Shown here: in pieces, positions 13,115-25,409 of the stretch
How the letters are laid out: the number at the start of each line of letters is the position of its first letter
How positions within the stretch are numbered: position 1 is the stretch's first letter
Assembly: GCF_902713615.1 (NCBI RefSeq)
Contig: NC_052159.1
Span: 57,479,490 to 57,543,489, forward strand
Length of the DNA: 64,000 nucleotides
Reading direction: 5' to 3'
Source: Scyliorhinus canicula
Lineage: Eukaryota
The notes under the pieces: generated by a model
Database searches by the model: none
Told to the model about the DNA's origin: nothing
The model's input: the letters and a program-made list of their open reading frames with translations, nothing else
Program-made: the position numbers and the translations under genes

Positions 13115-13680
13115 TGACCATAGGCTGCTTCCTCTTTGAGGGGGAGAGCTGACTGGTGGTGATTTAACCTGAGGTCACCACACCTCAGACGAGGGGCAAG
13201 GTTGAGAAGGCAGGCCTTCATGAATAACGTCAGCCGGTGCAGGAATTTAACCCACGCTGTTGGCCTTGCTCTGCATCACAAACCAGCTGTCCAGCCAAAC
13301 TGGCACCTGGTTATATTAGGGCAACCCCAATGGCCTAGTGAGTTAATGCCATGAGTAACAGAAAGGTTCCTGGTTCAATCCTTAGTCAGCCAGCCTGAAC
13401 TGAGCAGTTGCAGGGTCACTAATTGGCTTGGCTGCCTCCGGTTAAGCAAAAAGAAATCAAGCCAGTGTTCTTGCTCCTAATAGTCAACTGAAGATCATTG
13501 GGCAAATCTATCTGCGAGCATCAACTGGACAGGATCAAGCTGTGATTTCTACCTCTCCTTGTGGTTCAATAGCCCACAAACTCAGCAACAAGATTCAAGT
13601 GTAAATACTGACCACTTGAACAAGGTACTGGAGGACAACATGCACTCAGGGAATTATGCCCCAGCAAACTGTCAATAGAG
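13115..13680. mobile_element. Two adjacent tRNA-derived SINEs (minus ~13115-13310; older plus ~13320-13680)
   Basis: The first shares its head with the SINE at 8708-8888; the second has a tggcctagtg...ggttcaatcc A/B-box-like head. Confidence 0.5.
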
Positions 13681-13684
13681 AGGG

Positions 13685-14128
13685 TACTGAAGAGGTTTAA
13701 CAAGATATTAGCTGGTCTGGAGGATATTCGCTATGAGGAGAGGTTGAATAAACTTGGATTGTTTTCACTGAAACGATCGAGGTTGTGGCCAAGCTGATAG
13801 AGGTTTACAAAATTATGAGTGGCATGGATAGAGTGGATAGTCAGACCATTTTTCCAGGGTTGAAAAGTGAAGTACTAGGGGACATAGGTTAACGGTGTGA
13901 GGGGGAAAGTTTAGAGGAGATGTGCAAAGTAGGCTTTTTACACAGAGGAGGTGATGGAAGCAGATGCGATAGCGATGTTTAAGAGGCTTCTTGACAAATT
14001 CATGAATAAGATGGGAATAAAGGGATGCGGACACTGGAAGTGCCAAAGGTTTTAGTTTAGACCAGCATCATGATCGACGCAGGCTTGGTAGGCTGAAGGG
14101 CCTGTTCCTGTGCTGTACTGTTCTTTGT
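13685..14128 (+). mobile_element. CR1 3' fragment
   Basis: RFTR..GL...YEERL..LGLFSL coding remnant followed by the gcctgttcctgtgctgtactgttc tail. Confidence 0.85.
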
Positions 14129-14176
14129 ATATAGGACGAGAGGGGAGAAAAACGTACTTATTTAAAATACATACAT

Positions 14177-14413
14177 TTTTTAAAAAATATATTTTTTAAA
14201 ATTTAGAGTAGCCAATTATTTTTTCCAATTAAGGGGCAATTTAGCGTGGTCAATCCACCTATCCTGCACATCTTTGGGTTGTGGGGGTGAAACCCACGCA
14301 AACACTGGGAGAATGTGCAAACTCCACATGGACAGTGACCCAGAGCTGGGATTCGAACCCAGGTCCTCAGCGCCGTAGGCAGCAATGCTAACCACTGTGC
14401 CACTGTGCTGCCC
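14177..14413 (-). mobile_element. V-SINE-type SINE with A-rich tail and 14-bp TSD
   Basis: TSD TAAAATACATACAT at 14163-14176 and 14414-14427; GGGCAGCACAGTGGC head; B-box GGTTCGAATCCC. Confidence 0.9.
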
Positions 14414-15722
14414 TAAAATACATACATGAAGAAATGCTGGAAATAGACAATAGGTCCAATGGCATCTGTGGAGAGTGGACAGGAGGGTTATCGTTTTCCG
14501 TAAGTGATTTTTAACTGGCTCTGATGAAAATTTAATAACCTCAAACATTAGCCTTGCCTCCGTCACTCCGCCTGGCTTGCAAATAAAATCAGTTAATTTT
14601 TGGATACACTATTTATAAATGGAATTTTAGCAACAGAAATGTTGCATGTGATAAGTCTGACACAGGAAGTTTGTGCCATATGCAAGACTTTGAATGTATC
14701 ATTACTTGATCTCTTATGCTCATCTTGGCATTGCTGCTTTTTCCTGTTCCCTGTTTGTTAACTTGGCTGCCTTTATCCTTCCTGTTATATTGTTCTCTTA
14801 TGCTCTTCTGCTTATCTCTCATCCTTTCAGGAAGATATGATGAAAAGGCTGTGGAGTCCACTGCTGCAGGTGGCAGTTATCTTTTCCCCTCATCTCTTTC
14901 TGTTGCCTTTTTTTTTTTCTCTTTTTTTTTCTTCTCGCTGTTCTTTTGTGACATTTCTTGTTTTTTATTCTGGGTAGGTGATGTGATTAGGAAGACATAA
15001 TTTTATATTAATAGCTGTCAAGTGAGGAACAAGCTGGGTTGAACTGGAGGATATGCATGTCTTTTCAATATCCCTGTCTGCACCCACAATTTGAATTCTC
15101 CAATATAGCAGCCTGATCCTGTTGATGATTTCTCCACAGATACTGGTTGAGCACCTCCATGCATGATTTTCAGTTTTGTGGGGAGATATTCAGAGAGCAT
15201 TCTGATAGGAGGATTAGGTTGAATGGAATAGGTGCTTGGATGGGGTGATATTAATGAAATGGTAGAATTGGGGGTTTCGGTAGGAAACATTGGGTAGTTT
15301 GTAGAATTGGACTCTTAGCAAATCTGACTTTAAGGAAGGAATTGTAAATAAAACTTGTGTAATGCCTTTGTAATTTTATAATAGGCATTTCCTAAAAATT
15401 GTAGTTGAGCTTAATGAAAGAAATTGCTGACTTAAGGTCAAAAATGTCATGGTTTAATTATACTTTGGCTTTGGACAACTCCTATCCAGAAGGTTACATT
15501 TGATATGGGAGATTAACTTGTATTTGTGACCTTTTATTTAATAACATGTGGTTTCAAATATGAAGTCTGTTGAATCAGTTGATCAGAAATTTCAGTGAAA
15601 GTAAATATGTAAGGCATTTACTCCAGAATAATATTTGGTTTCAGAATCGACAAAGTGTCTTGAGTTTTATATATGACTGCCAGTTGATGTAAACTGGTTC
15701 TTTCTCTGAATTTCTAAAACAG

Positions 15723-15785
15723 AATCTAGAGTCTAATGGGACCGAGGATGAAATTCAAGAAGTGATTAAGTATCCAGATGGAAAG
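15723..15785 (+). CDS. CENPJ: CENPJ exon (63 nt), NLESNGTEDEIQEVIKYPDGK, start of TCP/G-box domain
   Basis: ttctaaaacag acceptor and gtgaga donor; resembles human CPAP ...DIQGEISHPDGK. Confidence 0.9.
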
Positions 15786-16522
15786 GTGAGAAATCATTTT
15801 TTTGTATTTACAGAATATTTCTGACTTGTAGTAAATTTATAATTGTAGGTATGTTTTTATCATTGTTACTGTTTTTCCTGTAATAAAAACATTGAAATGG
15901 CTGAAACAAGCTTTTATCTTTAGGAGCCTCACTTAATACAACCTAATTCGAAGCCGCGAACGCTTCCTGTGCAAGTTTACGTTTTGCCAATCTTTTTTTT
16001 TAATTTAGAGTGCCCAATTCATTTTTTCCAATTAAGGGGCAATTTAGTTTGGCCAACTCTGCACATCTTTGGGTTGTCTAATTTCTTTCCTTCTATAGAA
16101 AGCCATTTTGCTAATGGTTATCAGGGTGTTTTGTTGAGATCAGAAACTAACTGTATGGAATTTGTGCTAGCACTCCACTGGTTTTTAACCTTTGTCCATG
16201 TTCTTGGTTTTGCCGCATTTTGAATAGTCTGATACCAGGCTAATGGGGACCTTCAACAAGTCCTCTGCTGTACAATATCTAACAATAGAATTCTATAAAA
16301 ACATGAAGGTTTAATTTAACAATTACACACATTATCTTATCACTTAAATCGGGTAACAGGCTTGTGAAGAACTTGGAGATCTTGATTTTGTCATCTAAAT
16401 CACAGATTCAAGCTCCTGAGATGTTCAGAAAAAATGCCAAAGTATTTTATTATCACATTATTAGTGTGTGCACATCCAACATTGTCATTTCCTGAGCCTC
16501 CTCTTTTAAATTTATTTTCTAG

Positions 16523-16663
16523 GTTGAGCAGGTATTGAGAAGTGGACGGCACATAATTATTTTCTGTAATGGTACCCGAAAAGAAATTAGCGCCGATGGG
16601 AAAACTGTCAAAGTGACATTCTTTAATGGAGATGTAAAACAAATCATGTCTGACCAAACAGTG
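16523..16663 (+). CDS. CENPJ: CENPJ exon (141 nt), [47 protein letters not shown]
   Basis: tttattttctag acceptor and gtaagc donor; strong match to [29 protein letters not shown]. Confidence 0.97.
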
Positions 16664-16752
16664 GTAAGCAATGAACCACTTAAAGGTTTCACTTTTTTTT
16701 CTTTATATTGACTTAAAATAAACTTGCATGTAATCATTCTCTATTCTGCTGG

Positions 16753-17709
16753 TGTCATGTGAGTGTCTGTTAAGAAAGATTTTTGTCTTACACATGGCTT
16801 CAGTGATGTCATTGTGTGGGTGGAGCTGGGCTGTGGCTGTGTGAGAGTTTTAGAACATAGAACAGTACAGCACAGAACAGGCCCTTCGGCCCTCGATGTT
16901 GTGCCGAGCAATGATCACCCCACTTAAACCCACGTAACCCGTATACCCGTAACCCAACAATCACCCCATTAACCTTACACTACGGGCAATTTAGCATGGC
17001 CAATCCACCTAACCCGCACATCTTTGGACTGTGGGAGGAAACCGGAGCACCCGGAGGAAACCCACGGAGAGGACGTGCAGACTCCACACAGACAGTGACC
17101 CGGCCGGGAATCGAACCTGGGACCCTGGAGCTGTGAAGCATTGATGCTAACCACCATGCTACCGTGAGGCCCTTTTACTTTTGCTTTCACTTTTGACTGC
17201 TGTGGACTCAGGACAGGAAAAATAAGTGTTTTGGCCTTTCTCTCTCTCTAATTTAATTTTAAATTTCTGTTCCAGTTAAAAAAAAATCACCTGCTTGGTA
17301 ACTTAAAAGATATAGTTTGCTTTCCGGAAGGGTTTAAACCTGCTGGTGAGACTGGGTCAGAATCGGAGGAAAATTCAGTCTTAGCCAAATGAGAATGCGG
17401 AATGCTGGGCCACATCCTTGGTTTATGGGATTTTGGTTTATGGGATTTTGTTTTTGAATTGGAACAGTTAAGGGGGAATTCATTAAGTGTTATACATAGA
17501 TTATCTGTGTTTGTAATTGATTAAAAATTCTTGATGTTTGTTTATATATAAATGTTAAAGTTTATTTTGATTAAAAGTGTCTAGGAAGATTGTTGAATCA
17601 CACCTCAAGTGAAGGCTCTTGTGCTCATCTTAGCCACATTCAACAAAAACTTATAGGTCAGGTGAACTCCATAATGTCCTTTGGAGTTCCTAAACCCTGG
17701 CCCAAAACA
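16753..17709. mobile_element. Solo LTR (TG...CA) with 4-bp TSD, interrupted by a HE1-like SINE (~16852-17171, minus)
   Basis: TSD CTGG at 16749-16752 and 17710-17713; related copies at ~26847-27433 and ~47326-47820 in the opposite orientation. Confidence 0.8.
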
Positions 17710-17819
17710 CTGGTGAGATTAAAACATCCCACAAAGTGAATTTATTTTGTTGAGTTGAGAGTGATTGCCATAGTCAAATGTCAGAGTGTGGCATCAAAGT
17801 GTTCTATTACATTTGAAGT

Positions 17820-18995
17820 CAATTTGAATTGAGGGAAAAACTGTCCACTGACTGGAATGATACCTAACACAAAGGAACAATGCTTGTTGTTGTTGGAGGT
17901 TAATTATCTCAGGTTAGGACATTGCTGCAGGAATTCCTCAGGGCAGTGTCTGAGGCCCTGTCATCTTCAACCAGTTCAACAATGATTTCCCTTAACAAAA
18001 CCTTCAAGGCCTTCTACCAAGACCTGTACACCTCAGAGCCCCCAACGGGGAAGGCTGGGATGAACCGGTTCCTTAATGGACTGGACATACCAGTCGTGGG
18101 AGAGGGCAGAAAACTGGACCTGGAAGCACCACTAGCACTGGGAGAGATCATGGACAGCATTAGCTCCATGCAGACGGGGAAGGCGCCGGGACCGGACGGA
18201 TTCCCGGCGGACTTCTACAAAAAATTCGCGACAGCGCTGGCCCCGCACCTGCGGGACATGTTCACAGACTCGCTAGCTAGGAGCACACTGCCACCCACGT
18301 TAGCACAGGCCTCAATCTCGCTGATACCTAAGAAAGACAAAGACCCAACGGAATGTGGGTCATACAGACCCATCTCTCTGCTGAACGCAGATGCCAAAAT
18401 CCTAGCCAAAAGGCTAGAAGACTGTGTACCTGAGGTGGTCACAGAGGACCAGACGGGCTTTGTCAAAGGTAGACAGCTTACCTAGAACATCAGGCGCCTG
18501 CTGAACGTGATAATGACCCCCTCCGGGGAGAGAACACAAGAGGTGATCGTCTCCCTGGACGCAGAAAAGGCCTTTGACAGAGTTGAATGGAAATACCTCA
18601 GAGGTACTGGAGCAGTTCGGGCTTGGAACAGGGTTCACCGCTTGGGTAAAGCTCCTATACAATGCTCCCATGGCGAGCGTACGGACCAACAAAACCAACT
18701 CCCAATACTTCCAGCTGCACAGGGGCACCAGACAAGGATGCCTACTGTCCCCGCTGCTGTTCGCACTAGCAATTGAACCACTAGCAATCGCGTTCAGGGC
18801 AGCAAAAAATTGGAGGGGGATCCGAAGGGGAGGCAGAGAGCACAGAGTCTCACTCTATGCAGATGACCTGCTCCTCTACATCTCGGACCCACAGAGCAGC
18901 ATGGACGGAATCATTGCGCTCCTGAACGAGTTTGGAGCCTTCTCGGGCTACAAACTCAACATGAGCAAAAGCGAGATCTTCCCAGTACACCCGCA

Positions 18996-19028
<33 letters not shown>

Positions 19029-21815
19029 CACTAAAGGGGCTGCCGTTCAAACAAGCCCGACACAAATTCCGCTACCTGGGGATCCAAATAGCCCATGACT
19101 GGAAAGGGATCCACAAATGGAACCTCACCAGTCTGACGGAGGAAGTAAAAAAAGGACCTGCAAAGATGGAACACACTCCCACTCTCCCTCGCGGGGAGAG
19201 TCCGGATGATCAAAATGAACGTACTGCCCAGGTTCCTCTTCCTGTTTAGATCCATTCCGATCTACATCCCCAAGGCCTTTTTCTAAGCGCTGGACAAACT
19301 AATCATGGCATTCGTATGGGGGGGGGGGGGGGGGGGTAAAAATGCTAGGATCCCAAAGAAGGTCCTACAAAAAAACAAAATCTGGGGGGGGGGGCTAGCC
19401 CTCCCAAACCTACAATTCTACCACTGGGCGGCAACAGCCGAGCGAGTAAGGGGATGTATCCAGGGGCCAGAGGCCGAGTGGGTGTGTGCGGAGGAGGCCT
19501 CCTGCATGGGGACCTCCCTCCGGGCCCTCGCCACGGCAGCACTTCCATCCCCACCCAAAAAACACTCCAGCAGCCCAGTGGTGACAGCCACCCTCCAATC
19601 CTGGAACCAACTGCGTCAGCAATTTGGCCTGACCAAAATGTCGGACAAGGCTCCCATCTGCAACAACCATAGGTTCACACCAGCACTGACTGACGCCACC
19701 TTCAAAAGGTGGAGGCAGGACGGATGGACACTGACAGTCAGGGACCTATACACAGACGGCAGGATTGCAACACTGGACGAACTGACAGAGAAATTTTGGC
19801 TAGCCAGGGGGAACGAGCTACAGTATCTGCAGCTCAAAAACTTCTTATGAAAGGAGACCAGGACGTACCCACAACCGCCACGACAGACACTGCTGGAAGA
19901 CCTACTGGACGCAAGTATCCTAGATAAAGGGAACTGTAGCGACATGTATGACCGACTGGTAGAGAGGGCTGACACCGTACTGGACGCAACAAGAAAGAAA
20001 TGGGAGGATGACCTGGGGATTGAGATAGGGTGGGGACTCTGGAGCGAAGCACTGCATAGGGTCAACTCCACCTCCACGTGCGCAAGGCTCAGCCTGACGC
20101 AACTAAAAGTGGTACATAGAGCCCACTTAACAAGAAACCGTATGAGTAGGTTCTTCCCGGAGGTGGAGGACAGATGTGAATGGTGCCAAAGAGGCCTGGC
20201 CAACCACGCCCAAATGTTCTGGTCTTGCTCCAGACTGCCTTCTTCGAGGCTATGTCCAAAGTGGTGGGGGTGAGGGTGGAGCCATGCCCGATAGTGGCGG
20301 TCTTCGGGGTTTCAGACCAGCCAGATCTATTCCTGGGGAGGAGGGCGGACGCCCTTGCCTTTGCCTCCCTGATCGCCCGCCGTAGAATCCTGTTTGGCTG
20401 GCGGTCAGCAGCACCGCCCAGAGCTGCAGACTGGCTGTCCGACCTCTCGGAATCTCTCCAAATGGAGAAAATCAAATTCGCCATCCGAGGGTCAGACGAT
20501 GGCTTCCACAGAATGTGGGAGCCATTCATGCAATTGTTCCGGGACCTGTTTGTGGCCAACGAACAAGAGGAAGAATAGTCGGGTGGCCAAGAATCAGGTG
20601 AAAATGGACGGGAGTCGGGGGAAGGTAGCCGAGGCGGGGAGGGCTACGGGTTCGTTATGGGGATTTGTTCTCATGGTTTTATGCTTATTTCTTTTTCTTG
20701 TTAATTTATTGTTTTTGTATTGGAGGGGAAGGGTTACTGTTTTTCTCTGTTGTGATAAAAATTTGTTGTTGAAAACTTGAATAAAAATTATTCCAAAAAA
20801 AAGGAAGGACAAAGCCACAAGCGACAGTCTGATGGCAAGCTAAGGCCCAAAACCAAATTGTAAATAAATGCCTATAAACATGTGCCTCGGCCATATTGGG
20901 GAAGGTAAAATATGTATGCCGGTTAAAAGGGGTGGCCACGCTTGTTATTATGAAGATGCTTGCCTGTAAATATATATGTTAATTTTTGCGTGGTTTTTTT
21001 CCAATAATTTGTAATTTGTTGGATATAACAGGAAGTGCGGATGGTCGCTGACTTGTATTCAGTTCCATTTGTAATTCCTTAGATAATGAAGCAGTCTGCC
21101 TGCACACACCAAGAACTGGATGGCATTATTGTCACTGATTACCTTACCATCAACTGACCAGAAACTTAATTGGACCAGTCATATAAATACTGTGGCTAAA
21201 TAAGCAGATTAGAGGCTGGGAATTTTGTGGCAAGTAACACGCCTGACTACCCAACGTCTGCCTACCACCTAAAACATATAAGTTGCATCAGGATTGCGAT
21301 GGAATAAACCCCTCCTTCCATGCCCCCATCCCAAATATTTGCCTGGATGAGTGAAGCTCCAACAACACTCAAGCTGAATACCACCCAGAACAACGCAGCC
21401 CATATGATTGACATCCAATCCACTACTTTAAACATTCTCTCCTTCCATCCACTGGTAGAGTGGCTGTAGTATATACCAACAAGATGCACTGTTGCAAATC
21501 ACCATGGCTCCTTCAAGAGTACCTTCTAAACCCCTGACCTCTACCACTTAGATGAACAAGGACAGCAGATGTGTGGAAACACTATTTGAAAATTTCCCCC
21601 ATCAAGTCACACTGTTTACTGACTTGTAAGTGTAATGCTGTTCCTTTACTGTCACCGGTCAAAATTCTGGCACTTCCTCCCAGCAGCACTGTGGGTGTTA
21701 CACCTCAAGTACTGCAGCAGTTCAAGGCAGTAATTCACGAACACCTTAAGGGCAATTAGATATGGGCAATACATTCTGGCCTTGATATAGACGCCCATTT
21801 CATGAATGAAAAGAA
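17820..21815 (+). mobile_element. Old CR1/L2-group LINE 3' part, split by the L1 at ~17992-21025
   Basis: 17830-17990 (GIPQGS) and 21030-21815 are collinear with the LINE at 56490-58760, including its gggcaataaatgctggcct-type tail. Confidence 0.7.
17992..20802 (+). mobile_element. Young 5'-truncated L1-clade LINE (ORF2 RT and C-terminus)
   Basis: KAPGPDGFP, YRPISLLN, LDAEKAFDRVEW, GTRQGC.LSP, SLYADD; few disablements; AATAAA at 20780 followed by an A-run. Confidence 0.95.
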
Positions 21816-21939
21816 AAATCACCTTCTCATAGGTACGTCAGTATATTAAAGCTCTTCTATCTTACATTTGTATCCTTGTAATATATCTGAAATATCTTGC
21901 CACAATCTCTGAATGTGCTAATTCTTTCGGTATGAAAAC

Positions 21940-22085
21940 AAAAACAGCTGAATACTTAGTGGGTCAAAACTGTTCTGACGAAAGGTCATTGGTCTGAAAT
22001 GTTATATCTGTTCTCTCTCCACAGATGCAGCCTGATCTGCTAATTATTTTCATCATTTTCTCTCTCTTATTTCAGGTTTTCAATA
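21940..22085 (+). mobile_element. Penelope-type short repeat with decayed hammerhead-like core
   Basis: CTGACGA-A-AGGTC-att-GGTCT-GAAA-TGTTA at 21975-22004, then ctctctccacagatgc...cctga. A more decayed relative lies at ~14430-14575. Confidence 0.55.
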
Positions 22086-22356
22086 GTATTTTGATTTTGT
22101 AAATCTTTGGCTCTGATTAATAGTCCAAAAATAGATTTAAATAATTCAGACCTTGATTGTAATCTTCTGGAATTTTATCCTGGCTTTTCCAAATGTACTT
22201 CTTTCAAAGAATAGTTTTTGATTTTGTTCAATTAACGTTGCTTGAGATATTTCTTTTACCCTTTCTCTTAATTTTTACATGTTTTGAGATTGCCAATGTA
22301 AGCATGATGCCATGACTGTCAACTGTATAAATATCTGTGCTCTTTATATTTAATAG

Positions 22357-22441
22357 GTATATTATTATGCAGATGCACAGACAACACACACAACGTATAC
22401 TGATGGTCTAGAGATTTTGCAGTTCCCAAGTAATCAGATCG
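22357..22441 (+). CDS. CENPJ: CENPJ exon (85 nt), [28 protein letters not shown]
   Basis: taatag acceptor and gtatgg donor; matches CPAP [23 protein letters not shown]. Confidence 0.97.
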
Positions 22442-22511
22442 GTATGGGAAGTTTTAATTATTTGAGCTTTCAGTGTTCATGTACTTTAAAATGCATTATC
22501 AAGGCATACTC

Positions 22512-22723
22512 AGAGCAGCACAGTGGCACTGTGGTTAGCACTGCTGCCTCACAGCACCAGGGACCCAGGTTCAATTCCAGCCTTGGGTGGCTGTGTGTGT
22601 GCAGTATGAACTTTCTCCCTGTGTGTGCACGTGGTTTTCCTCTGGGTGCTCCGGTTTCTTCCCAGAGTCCAAAGATGTGCAGGTTAGGTGGATTGGCCAT
22701 GCTAAAATGGCCCAAATAAAAAA
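22512..22723 (+). mobile_element. V-SINE-type SINE with A tail and 14-bp TSD
   Basis: TSD ATCAAGGCATACTC at 22498-22511 and 22724-22737. Confidence 0.9.
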
Positions 22724-24126
22724 ATCAAGGCATACTCTCTGAATTTTGTTCTAAAGTGGGCATTGTAGTGGACTGGCAGTGTTTGTTTCCCAGTGAAGTT
22801 TCATTATTTTACAAGTTTGCATACTACGTAATTGACCAATGTTATAGGTGCTAGTAAGTTAAAACACTTATGCAAAAAATCCATTAATGCACTGTATTCA
22901 GTGTAATAACTTGTTTCTCTTTTAGGATCTCCTGCTCCCGTTCTTAATACTTTCCCAATCCCTGCAGCCACGTTTATCGTGCCAGCCATTTGTTTGATCT
23001 AAGCAACTTTGCAAAGGTTGAAATGTGCACATTAAAATTCATTTTTATTTATAAAAATGACCAATATTGCTGTCATTTTAGCAGCCACTTATCCTCTTCA
23101 ATCAGCTTTAACACACTAGGTCAATTGGAAAATCTACTTTGATGTGTGAGAAAACTAGATGCAAACCTGTGTCCTACTGCTCACCATATTTAATATCTGT
23201 ATTACATTTTAAATCCATGAATAGCCTGTATTTTCAATGACTTAAAATTGAAAATTTCCTCTTCAGTTGATTGTTGAAATTATCTTCCACTGTATTTTGA
23301 GGGCAGAATACGTTCCTTGATCTCCCTGTGCATTGCCCCATCTGTTTCTGAGACGGGGAACGTTCTACCCTACTGATCCCAAGGATGAATCCATATTCTT
23401 ATTTTTCCTTGTATTCTCCATTTCTGCTGTTATTCCTAATATTGGTAACCTAGTAGCTGCAAACAACCCCTATTATGAGGTGCTCTGGTGCACTTTTGAA
23501 TGTAATTTTTGTATGTTGATTTGCTTTCATCTAATAATTTTCAAGCAGCGGGGGAGATTTTGTGTCCACCGTCAGCGAGAATCCGGAATTAAGATTCTCA
23601 CCGACGAGACTGTTTCTCGACTTTCCACGCTTCTTGAGGTTCATACCCACAAAGGACGAGGACCTAATTTTAATAGATTTAGATACATTTAATTTACTTT
23701 AATTACCAATCCCCCCGTCAAATGATTTCCTCCTATCCCACTCAATATTCAAACCTCGCCAACATGATGTCACGTCAGCGAGGTTTACAGCAGGTTTTTA
23801 AAAATGTGAATCAGTCCAGGGGATACCCCACCGGGTGAAAGATAAGTATAGCCCGTGAAGAAAGAAGGACATGTGCCAAACTGTGCCAGGGGCAGAATCA
23901 CTCTTGTGCGGGGGGGGGGGGGGGGGGGGGGGGGGCAACTTAATTGCAAAATGCAGAAGAGTTTAGAGTGGCCAATGAAAGAGACACGTGTTGGGATATT
24001 CTGAAGCACATTTCATTTCAAATGTGAGGTATCATTTTATTTTCATCATTAAATATTATAGTAGACGAGATGGTATTATAAATAGTTTTATGCAAACAAT
24101 TGATTTAAGTATTTTGTTAAATCCAG

Positions 24127-24247
24127 AGAAACATTACCCAGATGGTAGAAAGGAAATCACTTTTCCAGACCAGACGATTAAATACTTGTTCACAGATGGC
24201 CATGAAGAGAGTGTGTTTCCAGATGGCACAATTATACGCATGCAGCT
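24127..24247 (+). CDS. CENPJ: CENPJ exon (121 nt), [41 protein letters not shown]
   Basis: atccag acceptor and gtaagt donor; near-identical to [21 protein letters not shown]; visible in ORF 23988..24251. Confidence 0.98.
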
Positions 24248-24589
24248 GTAAGTAACTACCAAAAGCAATTTATTCAGCAAAATGAGATAAATAACTTGTA
24301 TACCATAGTGCTATTCAGTGCATTGAGCCGTGTGGTCATTCAATTAAATTATGCCAGATCTGCCTATGCCTTTCTTTTGACACCTGGAGAAACATTTCTG
24401 TTCTTCCTGACCCCATAATGAAAATGAAAAATATATATATTTTCCTTTCAGCCAGTTTTAGGTAATTGATCTGCTTCGCTGAATAATGTCAAACTGTGTA
24501 GTCAGTGTTTTCAGCAACTCCAGGGCAAGTATGTAACAAGAGTTTATAACTCTTTACCCACCAGGTTTCTACTTGGCAGTAGAGAATTG

Positions 24590-24892
24590 TTCATAGAATC
24601 ATAGAATCCCTATAGAGTAGAAGGAGGCTATTTGGCCCATTGAGTCTACACTGGCCCTTTTGAACGACCACACTACCTAGGCCCAATCCCCCATCCTATT
24701 CCTTCAACCCCACCCTAAGGGGCAATTTATCATGACCAATCCACCTAACCGGCACATCTTTAGACACCGGGAGGAAACCGGAGCACCCGGAGGAAACACT
24801 GGGAGAACGTGCAAACTCCACACAGACAGTTACCAAAGGTTGGGTACCTGGTGCTATGAGGCAGCAATGCCAACCACTGTGCCACCATGCCA
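24590..24892 (-). mobile_element. HE1/V-SINE-like SINE with CR1-type (ATTCTATG)n tail
   Basis: catagaatcatagaatc tail on the plus strand; V-core present. Confidence 0.8.
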
Positions 24893-24989
24893 TTCCCTAT
24901 GATTACAAAAATATCACCTTCCCCTCTTCAAAAAATTTGAATTCTAGAAAGCAATGTTGCAATTTACAAAGCATCTAATCCTTTATTCA

Positions 24990-25405
24990 GCCTGAGCTGG
25001 GTGGTGGCATTCTCACCTGACTCAGAAGGTTATGAGTTCAAGCTTCACCCAGAGTTCTGAGTCTAGAATAAATTAACCTTTCAGAATTGCACTGTCAGAG
25101 GTGGTGGGGTGAATTCACCGCCTCCATAGCTGCGTGTTTCTCAGAGGTGCGTCGTAGCTGACGGTGGGATTCAACATTTCTGCCGTTGGAATTTCCCATT
25201 GTAGCCGCCCCATGCTGCTGGGAAACCCAGGGGCTGGGGTGTGCTGCCGGTGGAACGGAGAATCCCGGCAGTGGAGAATTCAACCCACTGTTTGCATCAG
25301 ACATTTTGGAATTCTGTTTGCCTTCAAGTGGATTTAAAATCCTTTAGTTCTATTTAAAGAGCAGAAACATCCTTTCTGTATCCTGGTCAATATTTAACTC
25401 TCATA
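24990..25405 (+). mobile_element. Deu-domain SINE interrupted by a MITE-like element (25106-25288)
   Basis: Head similar to the SINE at 39540; the insert has imperfect TIRs gggtgaattcacc / ggagaattcaaccc. Confidence 0.55.
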
Positions 25406-25409
25406 CGAA

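Noticed and set aside
14520-14552. Third hammerhead candidate (ctgatgaaaa...cctcaaacatta)
   Set aside because: GAAA is lost and stem II does not pair; at most a decayed relic.
17922-20578. Possible intact, active L1 ORF2
   Set aside because: 5'-truncated (no ORF1 or endonuclease), with stops and frameshifts near 18483, 18600, 19000, 19284, 19848 and 20235.
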